Source of the DNA: an uncultured Hyphomicrobiales bacterium
Lineage (GTDB): Bacteria > Pseudomonadota > Alphaproteobacteria > Rhizobiales > Beijerinckiaceae
Assembly (NCBI GenBank): GCA_903932565.1
Contig: CAIZGQ010000073.1
Location: 699-64,698 of the forward strand
Direction of reading: 5' to 3'
DNA: 64,000 nt
The notes under the pieces: generated by a model
Database searches by the model: none
What the model was told of the DNA's origin: nothing
What the model saw: the letters and a program-made list of their open reading frames with translations, nothing else
In this document: positions 43,542 to 53,332 of the stretch, one piece after another
How the letters are laid out: the number at the start of each line of letters is the position of its first letter
How positions within the stretch are numbered: the first letter of the stretch is position 1
Translations under genes and position numbers: made by a program

Positions 43542-44174
43542 ATGAGCAAAATCCTGAATAAAGTTTGGCCAACAATCGCATTCACGCTTTTATCAAGCGG
43601 TGCGGCAAATGCTGTGTGTTCGCAGATTCCGCTGAACATCAAGGATGCGAGTGGCAACACGGTGGCTATGAGCTCCGGAACGGCAGGAGACACCAACTGC
43701 AAAACCTACATTGACGCGGATTCGGCCAGCGTTCTGTATGGAATCTTGGCGCAGATCAATACGGCGGCATTGGCGTCCATCCCGGCGGGCACAGCAATTG
43801 TTGGCTATGTTTCCAGCGATCCTTGCTTGCAGAAGACCAAGACCAATCTGGCCATCTCACAGGCTACGACATTCAGTCAGCAGCTTGTCGCCCTAGCTGC
43901 AGGGTCGGCAATCAATGTTTGCTCCATGTTTGTGATATCAGCATCGGCTAATGCTCTAGCACTTACAAACGGGACTGGGACCAACTGTGCAAACGGATCT
44001 ACGGCACTCATTGGAAGCCTAACCTTGGCAAGCAGTGTATCGCTTGCGGCTAACGGTGGTTGGACCTTGGGTAACGGCGCAGGGACCATACTGATTGCGG
44101 CGGCTGGACAGGAACTGTGCATGCTCACATCGACTGGCGTGATCGCTGGCAACCTGACCTATGTCTATCAATAA
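43542..44174 (+). CDS. signal-peptide protein inside the tail module
   Basis: MSKILNKVWPTIAFTLLSSGAANA|V... 210 aa. Confidence 0.55.
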   Translation: MSKILNKVWPTIAFTLLSSGAANAVCSQIPLNIKDASGNTVAMSSGTAGDTNCKTYIDADSASVLYGILAQINTAALASIPAGTAIVGYVSSDPCLQKTKTNLAISQATTFSQQLVALAAGSAINVCSMFVISASANALALTNGTGTNCANGSTALIGSLTLASSVSLAANGGWTLGNGAGTILIAAAGQELCMLTSTGVIAGNLTYVYQ

Positions 44175-44186
44175 TGGGAGTGCGAC

Positions 44187-44423
44187 ATGGAAGAGAAAGT
44201 TGGCGCTCTATTGGTGTCACTTGTTGCGACAGTTGCATTTGGTGCCGTGTTGTTTTTCTGGGTTATTCGTCCTCCAACCGTCAACAGTGATGTCCTCAAT
44301 GTTTTGGTCGGGGCTCTTTCCGCTGGCTACATTCAAACTCTCAACTATTGGTTTGGTTCCTCTGCCGGGTCAAAACAGAAAGACACGACGATCTCTAACC
44401 TCGCTGGTGGGACCAAGGCGTGA
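44187..44423 (+). CDS. two-TM small membrane protein (holin-like)
   Basis: 78 aa with two TM helices and 'NYWFGSSAGSKQKD'. Confidence 0.5.
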   Translation: MEEKVGALLVSLVATVAFGAVLFFWVIRPPTVNSDVLNVLVGALSAGYIQTLNYWFGSSAGSKQKDTTISNLAGGTKA

Positions 44424-45112
44424 CATCCTCCGGAACTTATACATTCAGCCTGTCAAACAGCGAGGGCATTCTCGCTGCCTTTGAACGTATCGGAATGGAC
44501 CCGTCAGAACTGAAGCAACGTCACTTCATGACGGCTCGACGGGAATTGAATCTTCTCAACGGTGAATGGTCGAACAAGCAGGTCAACCTGTGGGAGGTGA
44601 CGCTCAGCTCGATCGCACTGGTGTCTGGAACGGCCACCTACACGCTTCCGGCCAGCGTGGTGATGGTTCTGGATGCATACTACAGCACCAATCAGGGCAC
44701 CTCTACGCAGACTGACCTGTTCATGAATCCGATGAGCCGGGATGAGTATGCTGGATATCCTCAGAAGCAGACACCGGGCCAACCTACAATGTACTGGTTC
44801 AGTCGCCAGATCACGCCCACGCTGACGATCTATCCCGTCTACAATCTCAGCACCACGAACTATATTAATTATTACGCCTGTACCCAGATCCAAGACGCAA
44901 ACCTGCCAAGTGGGTCTACTCCAGACATTCCGTTTTTATGGTATGATGCCATGGTAGCGGGGATGTCCCACCGTCTCGCTCGAGTGTTCAAGCCAGAGTT
45001 GGAAGACAAGCGTAAAGTTGATGCCAAGGAAGCGTGGGAAACCGCGGCTTCCCAGAACATAGAGAACACCAATTTGACCATCACCCCTAATCTTGGGTCG
45101 TACTACAGATGA
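44420..45112 (+). CDS. putative head-tail adaptor / virion protein
   Basis: 230-aa ORF. The pattern resembles podovirus adaptor-like proteins. Low certainty. Confidence 0.45.
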   Translation: MTSSGTYTFSLSNSEGILAAFERIGMDPSELKQRHFMTARRELNLLNGEWSNKQVNLWEVTLSSIALVSGTATYTLPASVVMVLDAYYSTNQGTSTQTDLFMNPMSRDEYAGYPQKQTPGQPTMYWFSRQITPTLTIYPVYNLSTTNYINYYACTQIQDANLPSGSTPDIPFLWYDAMVAGMSHRLARVFKPELEDKRKVDAKEAWETAASQNIENTNLTITPNLGSYYR

Positions 45113-45621
45113 AGCCAAGCGACATTGAAAAAGGTCTATCTGCCGATCGCCTTCGCGAGGTACTGCGCTATGAGCCAGAGACTGGCAAATTCTTTTGGCT
45201 GAAAGGAAACAACCAAAAGAAGGCTGGAGATGAGGCGGGATGGGCCGAAACAAAAACCAGATATATCCGAATAACCATCTTTGGACAGCGGTATTTGGCC
45301 CATAGACTTGCGTGGCTGTATGTGACTGGTGAATGGCCACACGACAGGATTGATCATAAAAATATGGGTCGGCCCGACAATCGATGGGAAAACCTTCGCC
45401 AAGCCAGCGACAGTCAAAACAGTGCAAATCAAAAAACGTCAAAGAAGAATATGCTCGGCATTAAGGGGGTCCGTCTTCACGAATGCGGAAGATATACCGC
45501 TAGGATTTGCGTCGGTAGGAAATCCATGTACTTGGGGCTTTTTTATACCCCTGACGATGCAAGGGATGCCTACGCGAAGAAGGCGAGAGAAATATTTGGC
45601 GAATTCGCGAGGACTAAATAA
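45109..45621 (+). CDS. HNH-AP2 homing endonuclease
   Basis: 'LRYEPETGKFFW...YLAHRLAWLYVTGEWP...IDHKN...ENLRQAS' plus the AP2 'LGIKGVRLHECGRYTARI'. Confidence 0.8.
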   Translation: MKPSDIEKGLSADRLREVLRYEPETGKFFWLKGNNQKKAGDEAGWAETKTRYIRITIFGQRYLAHRLAWLYVTGEWPHDRIDHKNMGRPDNRWENLRQASDSQNSANQKTSKKNMLGIKGVRLHECGRYTARICVGRKSMYLGLFYTPDDARDAYAKKAREIFGEFARTK

Positions 45622-45965
45622 TGCGCAAGCATCCCCGTCGAGCTCGAGTAGATCCGTCTCACCCATGCGCTTGGGGGACGAGCGATTCCAATGGAATGAT
45701 TGGCCAACATAATAAAATGCGATGGAAGCATGATTGGCGTGGGAACAAGATCATCAATCTTCGTGTGTTGGTTCATGAGGACGAACTAGACAAGCCGCAG
45801 CGTCAGCTTGGCAACTTGGTTCTGCCTGCTGATCCGCCTCCGATCCGATACGCAAGGCCCGAGAACTATACGATCGATGAGACTACTCAGCGCATGACCT
45901 CTACTGGGAAGATGCGTCTAACGATGGATGGAAAAGTCCGAATCCAGTCCAACGTGCAGAATTGA
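45621..45965 (+). CDS. hypothetical virion-module protein
   Basis: 114-aa ORF. Confidence 0.5.
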   Translation: MRKHPRRARVDPSHPCAWGTSDSNGMIGQHNKMRWKHDWRGNKIINLRVLVHEDELDKPQRQLGNLVLPADPPPIRYARPENYTIDETTQRMTSTGKMRLTMDGKVRIQSNVQN

Positions 45966-45972
45966 GGGTGCT

Positions 45973-47724
45973 ATGGCCGCGGCAGTAGGAACAATCCCTT
46001 GGTTATCGACCTACCAGCCGGGTGCGCTCGCGATCGGGTCTACGGTCTTTCTCGAGATTGTGGATAGCACGAACGCTACTACTGCCCAGTCTTGGAACAT
46101 CTCGCAGCAGGATCTGGTGGGCAAAGCGCCCAGCGTCATGAACTATGGCGTTCCGACTGCTACGGATCAGGTGGCGTTCTTCCAGAAGATCACCGGTCTG
46201 CCGATGCAGTGCGCGATCGGTGACCTTTCTATCCCGTCTGGCAATCTGCCCGCTGGCGGCGGCACCGGCACGTTTCTGGCCAAGGTATCGGCTACGAGCT
46301 ACTCGGCAAACTGGACTACAATTTCAAATCTAGTTTCTCCCGGCACAGGCCTGTTCAATTCCGGCACTGCCACTGCTTTGGTACTTGGTATTGCGACGGT
46401 TTCGATCGTCAGTTCGATGATTGCAACGGGAGCGATCGGCTCAACGCAGATAGCGGCGAATGCGGTCGGGTCTGCTCAGATGGCGAGCGGGATCATTGGC
46501 ACGTCTCAGATCGTTGCTAACTCCATCGGCTCCTCCCAGATGCAGAACAATGCCATCGGGACGGCGCAGTTGGCCACCAGTATTGGCCTGACTGGGTCGT
46601 TGAGCATCGGAACGGTCCTTGCCGTTGGAGGCACTGCCACTCTTAGCGGGGGCATGATTCTAAACGGTACGCTTGGTCTGACTGGAAATTCTGTTTTGAC
46701 CGGTACATTCGGCGTAGTTGGAACGACGCTGGCAACCGGCACGTTCGGAATTGTCGGAACCACCAATATCACCGGCACATTCGTCAATGTTGGTACTGCT
46801 TCGTTCACTGGTGGCAACTTCAATGTGCTGGGGACAGCGACATTTACTGGTGTCCATGGGGTCATCGGTACAACCATAATTACCGGAACTCTGAGTGTAA
46901 TCGGAACGTCTAATTTTAGCGCCGTAAACGTCACCGGAATTGTGTTGGTGAATGGAAGCGTTACGTTCACGTCCGGTGCGTTCAGCGTTATCGGCACAAC
47001 GCTATTCACATCTGGTGCATTTGGCGTCGTCGGAACAGCAACGTTTACTTCAACTTTTGGAGTCGTTGGAACGACTGTTCATACCGGTGTTGTAAACATC
47101 ATCGGAACGACATCCATCACCGGATCTCTATTGCTTGGCAGCTTGGCTACTGGTGTATTGGTAAGCAGCGGTACTGGTGTTGTATCTGCGCAGGGCGGCA
47201 TGGTGTTGCTGAATACGCTGTTACCGAATGCGATTGCGTCGGTTAGCGACACAACCAGCTTTACTAACTCCGCTTATCGAAGCTTCATGATCATGCTTGA
47301 TACGGTGTGCCCCGCCGCTCAAACCACCACGTTCCAGATGACTCTTGCTACGACTGGATCGGCATTTACGACGTCTGGATATGTTTCTATTGCGCAGATA
47401 AATGTTAGCTCTGTGCTGGTTACGGATACGTCTACGTCTGCATTGTTGATCTCAGGAACTAGGGCCACCACGCAGCTTCAGACGTCGACTGTGCTTGGCG
47501 TCAGCGGGTTTATTAAATTCTTTAATCCGGCTAGCGCCGTAAATAACAAAACTATGGTTGGTTCACTTCAGTATCCAACGCCGGGCGCTATCGGAACTAC
47601 GACATTCGCCCAGTCTGATATCAACGGTGTATTTCAGAATGCATCACCCGTTACCGGGGTGAACTTCCTGTTCAACTCAGGTAATATCCAAACCGGCGTC
47701 ATTAAGATATTTGGCATCACATGA
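45973..47724 (+). CDS. tail fibre with periodic Gly/Thr repeats
   Basis: Start at MAAAVGTIPW, behind GAGGG. Arrays of 10-aa and 12-13-aa repeats. Confidence 0.7.
   Translation: MAAAVGTIPWLSTYQPGALAIGSTVFLEIVDSTNATTAQSWNISQQDLVGKAPSVMNYGVPTATDQVAFFQKITGLPMQCAIGDLSIPSGNLPAGGGTGTFLAKVSATSYSANWTTISNLVSPGTGLFNSGTATALVLGIATVSIVSSMIATGAIGSTQIAANAVGSAQMASGIIGTSQIVANSIGSSQMQNNAIGTAQLATSIGLTGSLSIGTVLAVGGTATLSGGMILNGTLGLTGNSVLTGTFGVVGTTLATGTFGIVGTTNITGTFVNVGTASFTGGNFNVLGTATFTGVHGVIGTTIITGTLSVIGTSNFSAVNVTGIVLVNGSVTFTSGAFSVIGTTLFTSGAFGVVGTATFTSTFGVVGTTVHTGVVNIIGTTSITGSLLLGSLATGVLVSSGTGVVSAQGGMVLLNTLLPNAIASVSDTTSFTNSAYRSFMIMLDTVCPAAQTTTFQMTLATTGSAFTTSGYVSIAQINVSSVLVTDTSTSALLISGTRATTQLQTSTVLGVSGFIKFFNPASAVNNKTMVGSLQYPTPGAIGTTTFAQSDINGVFQNASPVTGVNFLFNSGNIQTGVIKIFGIT
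46432..47127 (+). repeat. in-frame degenerate tandem repeats within the fibre gene
   Basis: IGSTQIAANAV/GSAQMASGII/GTSQIVANSI..., then TGTFGVVGTTLA/TGTFGIVGTTNI/TGTFVNVGTASF... Confidence 0.7.
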
Positions 47725-48428
47725 GCCTGACGTATTCAACATATGTGACGTCACTCGCCAACATGCTGGTTGTGCCGACGGCTGACGCCGGTTTGACGAC
47801 CGTCCTTCCCAATATCATCGACGATGCGGAGCAGTATCTGTATCGCGAGCTCGATCTGCTTAATACAGTGCAGCGAGATTCCAGTGCTGCATTGGTGGCC
47901 GGGAACAGGAATTTCAACCTTCCATCGACCAATGGCACGTTCATCGTGTGCAAGGAATTCAACGTCGTCACGCCGACAGCTACACAGCCGGATAGCGGAA
48001 CGCGCAATCCTCTTGTTCCCGCATCAATGGAAATGCTTAATTGGATGTGGCCTAGCGTTACAGGATCAACCGTTCCGCAGTACTTTGCCATGGTGACGCA
48101 GAGTTCAATCATCGTAGCTCCGTGGCCAGATCAGGCATACACGGTAGAGGTAGTTGGCACGTTGAGGCCTCCTGCTCTTTCATCCTCTGTGGCGACCACG
48201 CTTCTGTCGGTCTATTTCCCTGACCTGATGCTATCGGCATCCATGATCTTCGCTGCGGGATATCAGCGCAACTTCGGTGCTGGCGTAGACGATCCGCAGA
48301 TGGCCGGAAACTGGTCGGCGCATACCAAGATGCTTCTGACGTCGGCACAGACGGAAGAAATGCGTAAGCGCTTCTCTGACGGAAGCATCAAAGACATATC
48401 CGTACCGTCACCAACGCCAAGGACATAA
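47721..48428 (+). CDS. hypothetical virion protein
   Basis: 235-aa coupled ORF. Confidence 0.55.
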   Translation: MSLTYSTYVTSLANMLVVPTADAGLTTVLPNIIDDAEQYLYRELDLLNTVQRDSSAALVAGNRNFNLPSTNGTFIVCKEFNVVTPTATQPDSGTRNPLVPASMEMLNWMWPSVTGSTVPQYFAMVTQSSIIVAPWPDQAYTVEVVGTLRPPALSSSVATTLLSVYFPDLMLSASMIFAAGYQRNFGAGVDDPQMAGNWSAHTKMLLTSAQTEEMRKRFSDGSIKDISVPSPTPRT

Positions 48429-48431
48429 GAG

Positions 48432-49421
48432 ATGTCTGAACCAGTAACTACATACAGGTCGCTAATTGTCCCAAATACGGGCGATCTTGCAGGTGCATGG
48501 GGAACGTCTGCCCTTAACCCAAATTTCCAGATGGTTGATGGAATGTTTGGTAGCGTTGCGACAATTTCTTTGTCTGGTGCAACTACCATTCTTCTTACTT
48601 CTGCATCTACTAGCGGCATCTGGCTTGGTTCACTGCCTCAATGCGCCAATGCGATGTTAAGATTTACTGGAGCCCAGACTGGGGCAGCGGTAATCCAATT
48701 CCCAACAAATGGTCTTGGTTATTATATTATTGATAACCAATGCACTGGGACTTCTTATATTCAACTTTCCCCAACAGGAGGCGGAAAGAAGATCGGCGTT
48801 CCATACGGAAGAAAGACTCATGTGTTCTTTGACGGAACGGACTTGGACTACGTCAACATGCCAGAAGTCGGTGCGGCTCTTGATCTTCAGGGATGGTCAG
48901 CACTTCCTGCGTGGATGACGGCGTGTACGTTCTCGCCGTATTTGATTAAGGACGGTGCGACGTATTCGGCCTCGGTATATCCGCAATTGTTTCAGGCATT
49001 GGGATCGACGTTTGGTGGAAACGGCATAACGACGTTTGCCGTTCCTGATGAGCGGGCTCGAGCAAGGATCGCGCTAGATACTATTCAGGCGGCGTCTGGG
49101 GCTACATCAGCTCGTATCACGTTCCCCATTGGTGGATTCACCGCCTCTATCATGGGCGCGGCTGGTGGCGATCAGCGGATGCAAACGCATACTCATGGGA
49201 TTACTGATCCCACACATGCGCACGCCTTTGGATTTCCGGTATACAACGGAGCAGGATCGTCATTGCCCCCCGTCGCCAGCAACGCGACCGGCGGAATTGG
49301 CACCTATACGGGCACGACCAACAACAGTGCAACTGGCATCACTATAAACGCAGTAGGTTCCGGCGCTTCCCAGAACATCCCGCCATCTATCGTTTCATTT
49401 TTGCCCCTAATAAAAACGTGA
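48432..49421 (+). CDS. tail fibre protein with a phage tail-collar domain
   Basis: 'LGSTFGGNGITTFAVPDERAR' and 'THTHGITDPTHAH'. Confidence 0.7.
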   Translation: MSEPVTTYRSLIVPNTGDLAGAWGTSALNPNFQMVDGMFGSVATISLSGATTILLTSASTSGIWLGSLPQCANAMLRFTGAQTGAAVIQFPTNGLGYYIIDNQCTGTSYIQLSPTGGGKKIGVPYGRKTHVFFDGTDLDYVNMPEVGAALDLQGWSALPAWMTACTFSPYLIKDGATYSASVYPQLFQALGSTFGGNGITTFAVPDERARARIALDTIQAASGATSARITFPIGGFTASIMGAAGGDQRMQTHTHGITDPTHAHAFGFPVYNGAGSSLPPVASNATGGIGTYTGTTNNSATGITINAVGSGASQNIPPSIVSFLPLIKT

Positions 49422-49425
49422 TGAA

Positions 49426-51468
49426 ATGGCATTTGGTTCAGTTGAACTAGTCCCCGGTGTCAATGTTGAGCGCACTCCGACTGCGCTGAAGGCTGGTATT
49501 TCTACAAGCCAGAATATCCGTTTCAAGGATGGCCTGACGCAGAAGATTGGCGGATTTCAGAAATACTATTCCTTCAATATTGCGGGAACACCGCGCGAAC
49601 TTCATGCGTGGCAGGATCTGAACGGGGCGCAGCATCTGTTGGCTGGGACCACTAGTTCTCTGGGTGTCATCACATCCGGATCGTTCGTCAGCATAACGCC
49701 ACAGCAAGTCAAAACTGATGTCGCTCTTAATTTTACGACCACGACTGGATCATTGACGATCGGTATTACTGATACTGGTGTCAACAACCTGACGATCTAC
49801 GATACTCTGATGCTTAATACTCCGGTGTCGGTTGGTGGAATAATTCTTTCGGGCCTCTATACAATTCAGAACATTGTCGGCTCTACAGCATACACAATCT
49901 CTGCTGCGACGGCTGCGTTGACGGCGGTAAACGGTACGGGGTCCGTTCCATTATTCTCCACAACCATCAATTCATTTTTGGTTGCTGCTAGGTTTACCGC
50001 GCATGGGATGTCGAACAATAACATCATTTCATTTCAGGCAACGACAACTGTCGGCGGCATAACAGTCATCGGCTCCTATCCAGTTACGGTAGTTGATGCA
50101 AATAATTTCACGTTCACTGCCGGTTCCGTAGCTTCGTCCACGGCTACGTCGTACATGAATTCCGGTAATGCGGAGTTTCTCTATTATATTTCTCTGGGCC
50201 CGTCACCCAGCGGGTCTGGCTATGGTAGCGGTGGATACGGATCTGGTGGCTATGGAAGTGGTATTGTTCCGTCATCCATGACCGGAACGCCGATCACCGC
50301 AACGGATTGGACGAGTGATAATTGGGGTCAAATCGCTCTAGCTTGCCCGAATGGCGGTGCTATTTACGCTTATGATCCAACGGCTGGATTTACCGCGGCA
50401 GCAGTCGTTCCGTCAGCGCCTCCGTTCAACAATGGAATTTTCGTATCGAGCACATTGCAGATACTGTTCTGCTGGGGGTCGACCGCGACAAATGCAATTG
50501 GTCAGGCTCTTGATCCAATGCTTATCAAATGGTCTGACGTAGGTGACTACACGCAATTCAAGGTTTTGACGACGGATCAGGCTGGATCGTTCCGACTGCC
50601 CAGCGGCTCTATGATCCGTGGCGGGATGGCAGCTCAGAACCAGAATCTGTTCTGGACCGACATTGATTTCTGGGCGGCGCAGTATCTTGGGTATCCACTA
50701 GAGTTTAGCTTCAACAAGATAGGATCTGGTGCTGGATTGATTTCGTCCCATGCCGCGCAACAATTGCGAGGTGGCGTCTATTGGATGGGTCAGAGCAACT
50801 TCTACTCGTACATTGGAGGCGTGTGCAAGGTAATGCCATGCCCGATGTGGGATTTTGTTTTCCAGAACCTGAATACGTCGTTCACGCAAAACATCCGGTC
50901 AATGCCAAATACTCCATACAACGAGGCTGGCTGGCTGTTTCCGTCTGCGGCATCTGTTAGCGGAGAATGCGATTCGTATATCAAGTTCAATCTGACAGAA
51001 CCCGGAATGCCGTGGGATGGCGGTCTTATCAATCGATCGGCATGGATCGATCAAAACATCATTGGAAATCCAATCTCAGCTACCTCTAACGGAATTATAT
51101 ACCTGCAAGAGACAACGAATGATGCAGATGGTCAGCCGCTGACGTCGACCTTCACTAGCGGATATTTCTATATCGCAGAGGGTGAAGAGTTTGCGTTTGT
51201 AGATCAGATTTACCCCGACATGATCTGGGGAACGTATGGAAGCCAGTCCACCGGAACCGCACAGGTCTATATCTCGTTCAATGTCACGAACTATCCGGGC
51301 GACGTTCCGACGGTTTACGGCCCGTATTTGATGACATCGACAACGGAGTACATTTCTGTTCGTTTCCGTGGCAGGCAGATGTCGGTAACTGTGAAGTCAA
51401 GTGATCTTGGTAGCTTCTGGCGATTGGGTCGGATTCGTTATCGCTATGCCCCATCTGGGAGGCGATGA
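49426..51468 (+). CDS. large tail/baseplate-like structural protein
   Basis: 680-aa ORF with a 'GSGYGSGGYGSGGYGSG' linker. Confidence 0.6.
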   Translation: MAFGSVELVPGVNVERTPTALKAGISTSQNIRFKDGLTQKIGGFQKYYSFNIAGTPRELHAWQDLNGAQHLLAGTTSSLGVITSGSFVSITPQQVKTDVALNFTTTTGSLTIGITDTGVNNLTIYDTLMLNTPVSVGGIILSGLYTIQNIVGSTAYTISAATAALTAVNGTGSVPLFSTTINSFLVAARFTAHGMSNNNIISFQATTTVGGITVIGSYPVTVVDANNFTFTAGSVASSTATSYMNSGNAEFLYYISLGPSPSGSGYGSGGYGSGGYGSGIVPSSMTGTPITATDWTSDNWGQIALACPNGGAIYAYDPTAGFTAAAVVPSAPPFNNGIFVSSTLQILFCWGSTATNAIGQALDPMLIKWSDVGDYTQFKVLTTDQAGSFRLPSGSMIRGGMAAQNQNLFWTDIDFWAAQYLGYPLEFSFNKIGSGAGLISSHAAQQLRGGVYWMGQSNFYSYIGGVCKVMPCPMWDFVFQNLNTSFTQNIRSMPNTPYNEAGWLFPSAASVSGECDSYIKFNLTEPGMPWDGGLINRSAWIDQNIIGNPISATSNGIIYLQETTNDADGQPLTSTFTSGYFYIAEGEEFAFVDQIYPDMIWGTYGSQSTGTAQVYISFNVTNYPGDVPTVYGPYLMTSTTEYISVRFRGRQMSVTVKSSDLGSFWRLGRIRYRYAPSGRR

Positions 51469-51902
51469 TGGTTGATCAGCAATCACCACAATCAGATATC
51501 AACACTGGTGGACTTAACGACCTAGTGTCGACACAGAAGGGCGGGGTCCAGACGCTTGCAGTGCTCGCGCAGGCGCTCGTAAATGCGTTCCCAAAGGCTA
51601 CCGCCTCTACATCTCCAGTGGCAACCGGCCTTAATTCAATTGCGACGGCGGCGAGTGTTGCTATTGCTGCCAACACGCTTCGCCATGGGATCATGTTTCA
51701 CAATCCGGGGACGACGACGATCTATGTTTATCCAACGGCGATGGCTGTCGCCCCAACAACGACCGTATTGGGTGGCACGTTTGTCATCTATCCGGGCGCA
51801 ACACTACAATTCTCACCTGCCAACTTTCCAAACGTGAACTGCGGCTGGTCTGCATTTGGTCTTGGAGCATCGTTACCGCTGACAGTCTGTGAGTTCTACT
51901 GA
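51465..51902 (+). CDS. hypothetical virion protein
   Basis: 145-aa coupled ORF. Confidence 0.5.
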   Translation: MMVDQQSPQSDINTGGLNDLVSTQKGGVQTLAVLAQALVNAFPKATASTSPVATGLNSIATAASVAIAANTLRHGIMFHNPGTTTIYVYPTAMAVAPTTTVLGGTFVIYPGATLQFSPANFPNVNCGWSAFGLGASLPLTVCEFY

Positions 51903-52675
51903 TGTTTGGCAATGAAAACCCAAACATGATTGTGCCGACGGCCCCTGCCGGGGATTCATCCAACCGTGCGGCATCTACTGCATTTGTAATTTCAAATTTA
52001 CCAACTTCAAAAAATCTGAGTGTTGTTAAACAAATTTTTACTGGTAGCGGAACTTATACTCCAACTTCCGGAATGGTTTACTGTATCATTGAATGCGTAG
52101 GAGGCGGCGGCGGTGGTGGTGGTGTTGCTGGAGCTTCCGCTTTTTATCTCGGTGGTGGTGGTGGTGGTGGTGGAAATTATTCTCGTTTGATTGCAAGTGC
52201 CGCCACCATCGGTGCATCACAGGTCGTTACAATCGGGACATCAGGAACGGGTGGGTTGGCTGGTCTTAATTCCGGTATAGCTGGTGGAGATACATCGGTC
52301 GGCGCTATCTGCATTGGAAAGGGTGGCTCCTTCGGTGTGGGTGCTTCGTCTGCGGGAAACGCAAATCCCGGCACTGGTGGTGTGGCTGGAACTGGCGACA
52401 TTACGATGCCCGGACAAAGTGGCGCGGTTGGAATGTATGTGAGTGTCGGGGCAACCGGCGTATCCTTCATTTCGTATGGTGGAAGTGGCGGAAATAGTCT
52501 CATGGGGGTTGGTGGAGTAAACGGCCCCAACGCAAGTTCTGGAGCAACAGGCGCGGCGGGGCAAAATTACGGCGGTGGTGGTGCGGGAGGGGTTGCCGCA
52601 AACATTGCCAGTAACTTTGCTGGAGGCGCCGGTGCCGCGGGTGTCGTGTTTATAACCGAATACGTTTATAAGTGA
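51902..52675 (+). CDS. glycine-rich fibre-like protein
   Basis: 'IECVGGGGGGGGV' and 'LGGGGGGGGNYS' poly-Gly tracts. Confidence 0.6.
   Translation: MFGNENPNMIVPTAPAGDSSNRAASTAFVISNLPTSKNLSVVKQIFTGSGTYTPTSGMVYCIIECVGGGGGGGGVAGASAFYLGGGGGGGGNYSRLIASAATIGASQVVTIGTSGTGGLAGLNSGIAGGDTSVGAICIGKGGSFGVGASSAGNANPGTGGVAGTGDITMPGQSGAVGMYVSVGATGVSFISYGGSGGNSLMGVGGVNGPNASSGATGAAGQNYGGGGAGGVAANIASNFAGGAGAAGVVFITEYVYK
52151..52171 (+). repeat. (GGT)7 trinucleotide microsatellite
   Basis: Perfect GGT x7, encoding part of a Gly8 run. Confidence 0.8.
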
Positions 52676-52682
52676 GGGCACA

Positions 52683-53207
52683 ATGCCGCTGATCAAATCA
52701 AAGTCGCAACCGGCGTTTGTAAAGAACCTCAAGGCTGAGCTTAAGGCTGGGAAGCCAAGGGCCCAAAGTTTGGCGATCGCTTATGCGATGAAGCGTCGAG
52801 CGAGAGCATCTGGTGGGCCAGTCTTTGAGGGGCCGATCGTGTCGTCGGTTCCGGGGAGAACGGATCACTTAGCCGCTGACGTCGGCCAAAATTCATACGT
52901 CATCCCCGCTGAGACAGTGAGCCATTTAGGCCAAAGCAATACTTTGGCTGGCCTGAAAAAGCTGGAAGGAATGTTTGGAAGAAATAGCAAATATGGAAGG
53001 GGATTAGCTACTGGGGGTAGCCCTAGCGCTCCCGGTGTCCCTGTGAATTTGGCCGGTGGAGAATATGTGATTTCTCCGGAAATTGTTGCTAGAATAGGCG
53101 GCGGTGATCCGAAGAAAGGTCACGCTTGGCTCGATAAGTGGGTAATGAGTCAAAGGAAAAAACACATAAAGACATTAAGGAATTTGGCCGGACCAGCCCA
53201 TGACTGA
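52683..53207 (+). CDS. hypothetical basic virion protein
   Basis: 174 aa, 'QSLAIAYAMKRRARASGGPV'. Confidence 0.5.
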   Translation: MPLIKSKSQPAFVKNLKAELKAGKPRAQSLAIAYAMKRRARASGGPVFEGPIVSSVPGRTDHLAADVGQNSYVIPAETVSHLGQSNTLAGLKKLEGMFGRNSKYGRGLATGGSPSAPGVPVNLAGGEYVISPEIVARIGGGDPKKGHAWLDKWVMSQRKKHIKTLRNLAGPAHD

Positions 53208-53322
53208 CATTGTCCTATATGCCGATGCTAGGGCGCTGCAGATAACGTGCGTCGATTGTAATTTATCCAAGGGTGCGCGTGATCCAATTTTCCACGCGCA
53301 GCAACTTGGTATGCTCATTTAA
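53200..53322 (+). pseudogene. possible C-terminal remnant of an HNH nuclease (40 codons)
   Basis: 'LQITCVDCNLSKGARDP' resembles the end of HNH motifs. No upstream HNH part is present. Confidence 0.3.
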
Positions 53323-53332
53323 GGATTGAAAC

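Noticed and set aside
127-51468. N-x-S/T sequon enrichment in exported and fibre proteins as evidence for N-glycosylation.
   Set aside because: My hand counts (18 in 916 aa; 10 in 418 aa) are only about two-fold above the expectation from Asn/Ser/Thr-rich composition. This is not independent evidence.
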